A DNA stretch of 64,000 nt from a virus (Duplodnaviria > Caudoviricetes), in IMG/VR virus record IMGVR_UViG_3300025575_000011, positions 1 through 64,000 of that record. The stretch is one strand, 5' to 3'. This document shows, one piece after another, positions 60,785-64,000 of this stretch (position 1 is its first letter; every line of letters starts with the position of its first letter). The position numbers were made by a program, and so were the translations under genes. Below the pieces are notes generated by a model. The model was not told the DNA's origin. It made no database searches and saw only the letters and a program-made list of their open reading frames with translations.

Positions 60785-61558
60785 TTAGTTGTTACTATCT
60801 TCACTAACTTTACTTAAATGCTCTCTGATTCTTTCATTCGCTAGATTGTAATATGTATTGTCTAGTTCAAATCCTATGTAATTACGATTAGTATTTATGC
60901 AAGCTATAGCTGTAGTCCCTGAACCCATACAATTGTCTAATATTAAATCTTCCTCATTAGTATATGTATTGATTAACCATTCAAATAGATTGACTAATTT
61001 CTGAGTTGGGTGTAAAAGTTTTTTAGTTCTATCTGCCGTAGAAAATGTCACTATACTTTTAGGGTTTTTCAAATTTGAAGTATCATTATGTCTCTTACCG
61101 ACTGCTATATTTTCTCCCTCATGTATTTGTTTTGTTTTTGTATTTCCTCCTCTACTCCACATTTTACCCTCTTCCATTTGTGGATTATAGGTAGGTTGTT
61201 TCTTGTAAAAAATCTCAATATTTTCATGTTTCTGGAGTGGCTGTTTCTTAGCTAACATAGGATTTGAAGCACATACCTTATCCCAAATCAATTCATATCT
61301 AAATAATTTTGGGTTACTCATTATTAGAGAACTAGTAAAGGGCTGTTTACCAAATAAGACTATTGCTCCATTATCCTTAATAACTCTTGTATATTGTTCC
61401 CATAATTTATCGAACGGAATAATTGTATCCCATTTACAAGCAGTTGTGCCATAAGGTAAGTCACAAAGGATCATGTCAATAGATTTATCTGGAATCAAGC
61501 ACATTCCCTTTTCTCCAATGCAGTCTTCATTATATATTTTATTTACATTTAAAATTAT
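60785..61558 (-). CDS. orphan DNA methyltransferase, beta class, probable ATA/ATT start
   Basis: ILCDLPYG, HPTQK, DNCMGSGTT; frame extends upstream through NKIYNEDC to ATA 61558. Confidence 0.88.
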   Translation of the reverse strand: MILNVNKIYNEDCIGEKGMCLIPDKSIDMILCDLPYGTTACKWDTIIPFDKLWEQYTRVIKDNGAIVLFGKQPFTSSLIMSNPKLFRYELIWDKVCASNPMLAKKQPLQKHENIEIFYKKQPTYNPQMEEGKMWSRGGNTKTKQIHEGENIAVGKRHNDTSNLKNPKSIVTFSTADRTKKLLHPTQKLVNLFEWLINTYTNEEDLILDNCMGSGTTAIACINTNRNYIGFELDNTYYNLANERIREHLSKVSEDSNN

Positions 61559-61585
61559 ATATCATCCTTTCATTACCCCAGTTTT

Positions 61586-61900
61586 TTACATGACAACATT
61601 AGTTTTTAATAAATCATTTTCTTGGAGAACGCCTTCTAATTCATTATTTAATTCACATATTTTATATAATAACTCTTGATTATTAATTAATGATTTATAA
61701 TATTTATCTTTTATGTCATCCAGTTCAATATTTTTTAATTCCTTACCACACCAAGGACAAAATTTGATTTCTACTTTAATACGTTCCCCTGCATAATGCT
61801 CTGCTACAAAATAATATTTATCTTTTTTATTGTCGTGCATAATACCCTCATCACCAGAGCACGAACTTGTTTCTTGATATTCAATACAATATTCACACAT
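61586..61900 (-). CDS. Zn-finger / coiled-coil hypothetical protein
   Basis: CEYC...FCPWCG. Confidence 0.6.
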   Translation of the reverse strand: MCEYCIEYQETSSCSGDEGIMHDNKKDKYYFVAEHYAGERIKVEIKFCPWCGKELKNIELDDIKDKYYKSLINNQELLYKICELNNELEGVLQENDLLKTNVVM

Positions 61901-61977
61901 TTTAAATGAAACACTCCTTATTATATATTATTTATTACTAGACGAATAGACAAACCTATCCCTTGTGCATTATGCAT

Positions 61978-62217
61978 TTAGGAATTAATGATAATCTCGG
62001 AGTTTACAATTCTTGATCCTTTATGAGATTTAAGTATGTCTTGGACACTAGTATAAGTATCCCAATGTGATACTCCAGTTGCTAAATTAATTAGATTAAC
62101 ATTATCTGAATTAGATGATTTCCCAACCATATAAAAATCATTACCATATAATTGAACGACTATCGGTAATTGTATTTCTTGTTTACTAATATCTTGGATA
62201 GTAAGTTTAGTTTTCAT
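61978..62217 (-). CDS. hypothetical protein
   Basis: RBS agagg. Confidence 0.55.
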   Translation of the reverse strand: MKTKLTIQDISKQEIQLPIVVQLYGNDFYMVGKSSNSDNVNLINLATGVSHWDTYTSVQDILKSHKGSRIVNSEIIINS

Positions 62218-62484
62218 TTTGTTTAACCTCTTTCATTTATTTTGTTCCACAATATTTAAATATGAATTAAACCCAATTTTTATAGTTCCATATTTCACCC
62301 ATATATAACAACAATATCAGTACTTATCAACCTCAAATAATCCACAGATACAAGGGAATCCAGTTTCTTCATTATATAATTCAGGATTATTTTCTTCTGG
62401 ATGTCCACAATCAATATCCATAATAGTACATAACCCATTGTCATTATTTTTACAACTCATATATTATCACCTCACTTCATGATA

Positions 62485-62513
62485 ATTATACTACATATAT
62501 ATAATATACTCAA
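62485..62513 (-). promoter_or_regulatory. sigmaA-type promoter overlapped by a perfect 17-bp inverted repeat
   Basis: TTGAGT-17 nt-TATAAT on the minus strand; inverted repeat arms 62491-62507 and 62519-62535. Confidence 0.55.
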
Positions 62514-62549
62514 GATGAATATTATATATATGTAGTAGGTGAGTATTCT

Positions 62550-63998
62550 TTAATCTTCTTTTCTAATAATAATCTTAGGATAACTCCTAGCAGGACAATC
62601 AATATTAAATTTATTCTTAATTTCCTTATTAGCAGTCACCTTAACCAATCCATAACTATCCAATATCTCCTGAATACTACGTTTCCATTGACTTTCAGTA
62701 GTATAATTAACTCTTAAATCCTTCTCTAATACATAACCTTGAGCATCAATTCCATCTAAGATATATCGAGCAATTACCAAACTATTATCATTGGATTTTT
62801 CTGTAGTCCCTAAATCATTTTCATAAGCATATTGGGGGAATACTCTATTGGTGAAATCAACTCCAAAGGTTCTTAATAGATACTCTCTAGATAACCCCTT
62901 TAAAGACATATTATTTTCTTTTAATACGATTGCAATCTTATTACTTTCCTCTAATGAATTTACACCATAAGAATCAATACTATAAAAGTTAGTCAATTTC
63001 TTATGTTTATATTTCGCTGCAATATGTTTTGCTTTCTTCAAAGTTTCTTCTGGCAATCTTTCATGTGGGATCTTATTAAGTAAACTCAGTAAAGTAAATA
63101 ATGTAACACTTTGAGAAACCCTAGTTTTATCCTTTGAGCCGAATATGTCCATCAAATTATTCAACGATACAAAGAATAAAGGATTATCATCTAAACTAAA
63201 ACCCTCATCCTTAACATTCATTTTTGCAAAGTTATTCAATGCTATAAGATTAGATTTTCTAGTCCTTATGAGCGAGTGTAGTTGTGGATATATTTCTTTA
63301 AATTCATCAGACAATAGCAATTCAATATTCGTATCAAGTATTTCTAATTGCTCTTTTTGCCATTCAGTTTGTTGTAATTCAATATTGTAAACCTTTTTGA
63401 TAAATTCAATGGCTTTAACCCTTTTACATTTAGCTAATTTTTCTACTAATGATATTATTGTATACTTTGCTTTACATCCAAAACACTTATATATTTGAGT
63501 ACCATTATCAGTTTCATAGATATGAGCAGAAGGAGTGTCATCCTCATGCAAAGGAAGAATACAATTCACAGTTCCATATATATTTGTAAACTCTTTTAAG
63601 TCAATGCTATTCATATAATTATATACTTCTTGTTTATTAATGCATAAAACATTACTATCTTTATCAATATTGAGTAAAGACTTCATTGTATTTACATCAA
63701 GGGATTTAATGGCATCAATATGCGACAAATGCCCCGAAACCGTTGGTACGAGTGGAGTCTGAGCTTTGGCAATACTGATAGAAGAAGAATTTAGTATATT
63801 AGTATTGAGAAAGCTCACAACACCCATAGGAACTGTATTTGAGAGACTTTTAATACCATTTAATATTTCTTCATATTTATTCATAATATCTTTAACATTT
63901 ATTCTATTTTCACAATCACATTCTATTAAACCCTTACCACCAAAGAATAATCTAGTAGCATCAAAAGTAACTCCATCACTATTAGAGAATAATTCAAT
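62550..63998 (-). CDS. 5'-truncated primase-like/replication protein with CHC2-type Zn finger
   Basis: CILPLHEDDTPSA...YKCFGC; frame is open to the window edge, with D..T.DATRLFFGGKG upstream of the ORF-track start. Confidence 0.6.
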   Translation of the reverse strand: MELFSNSDGVTFDATRLFFGGKGLIECDCENRINVKDIMNKYEEILNGIKSLSNTVPMGVVSFLNTNILNSSSISIAKAQTPLVPTVSGHLSHIDAIKSLDVNTMKSLLNIDKDSNVLCINKQEVYNYMNSIDLKEFTNIYGTVNCILPLHEDDTPSAHIYETDNGTQIYKCFGCKAKYTIISLVEKLAKCKRVKAIEFIKKVYNIELQQTEWQKEQLEILDTNIELLLSDEFKEIYPQLHSLIRTRKSNLIALNNFAKMNVKDEGFSLDDNPLFFVSLNNLMDIFGSKDKTRVSQSVTLFTLLSLLNKIPHERLPEETLKKAKHIAAKYKHKKLTNFYSIDSYGVNSLEESNKIAIVLKENNMSLKGLSREYLLRTFGVDFTNRVFPQYAYENDLGTTEKSNDNSLVIARYILDGIDAQGYVLEKDLRVNYTTESQWKRSIQEILDSYGLVKVTANKEIKNKFNIDCPARSYPKIIIRKED

Positions 63999-64000
63999 TA

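Larger units (their letters stand above)
1..64000. mobile_element. Segment of a large SPbeta-like temperate phage / phage-plasmid of a Bacillota host
   Basis: Own replisome (SSB, helicase, primase, DnaE), ligase, NrdDG, dUTPase, several orphan MTases, homing-endonuclease-like genes, dense small-ORF arrays, plasmid-type Rep/Par island; no housekeeping operons. No capsid or tail genes in the window. Confidence 0.85.

Noticed and set aside
9456-61558. Restriction-modification systems
   Set aside because: No restriction endonuclease is adjacent to any MTase; the HNH near 60612 looks like a homing endonuclease with its own leader.
1632-63390. Many opposite-strand or alternate-frame ORFs from the track (for example 1632, 1709, 2646, 9755, 13471, 24946, 34365, 46263, 53991, 58748, 63145)
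   Set aside because: They overlap well-supported genes, lack SD sequences and show shadow-ORF composition.
1-64000. Arbitrium (AimR/AimP), virion genes, tRNA or rRNA
   Set aside because: No TPR receptor with a signal-peptide gene, no capsid, terminase or tail motifs, and no RNA-gene patterns were recognised; they may lie outside the window.

Overview
AT-rich, gene-dense 64-kb slice of a large SPbeta-like phage or phage-plasmid. The host is probably an anaerobic Bacillota: strong GGAGG RBSs, sigmaA-type promoters and a class III RNR point that way. No virion structural genes, rRNA, tRNA or CRISPR array were recognised, so phage status is inferred from gene content and order. Layout: (1) 0.9-4.2 kb lysogeny-control-like cluster with a DGxHR protein, a recombinase-fold repressor candidate and an XRE protein; (2) 4.5-23 kb accessory array of small ORFs with 3D and SLT cell-wall enzymes, two DNA MTases, DNA ligase, an HNH protein and a PHA synthase/depolymerase-like Cys hydrolase; (3) 23.3-33 kb replisome (SSB, AAA recombinase, DnaB-like helicase, primase, PD-(D/E)XK nuclease, DnaE, ERCC4 nuclease); (4) 34-43 kb nucleotide supply (NrdD/NrdG, dUTPase, ThyX-like, dNMP kinase, 5'-nucleotidase) plus another MTase; (5) 46-50.4 kb plasmid-like maintenance island (HTH Rep-like protein, 9-mer repeat array, type Ib ParA system back-to-back with an actin ParM system); (6) 52-57.5 kb array of hydrophobic micro-proteins, a pilin-like protein, a large P-loop ATPase and an M23 peptidase; (7) 58-64 kb second DGxHR protein, HNH, MTase and a truncated primase-like gene. 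The strongest unexplained pattern is about 27 copies of a palindrome ATRAAA-N6-TTTYAT, often CC(C)/GG(G)-flanked, at junctions of accessory ORFs. Pairs of these sites also bracket related non-coding modules, two of which carry the same central core in opposite orientations. This fits either an integron-like gene-cassette system or a large repressor-operator network. All product calls come from motif reading, not database searches.
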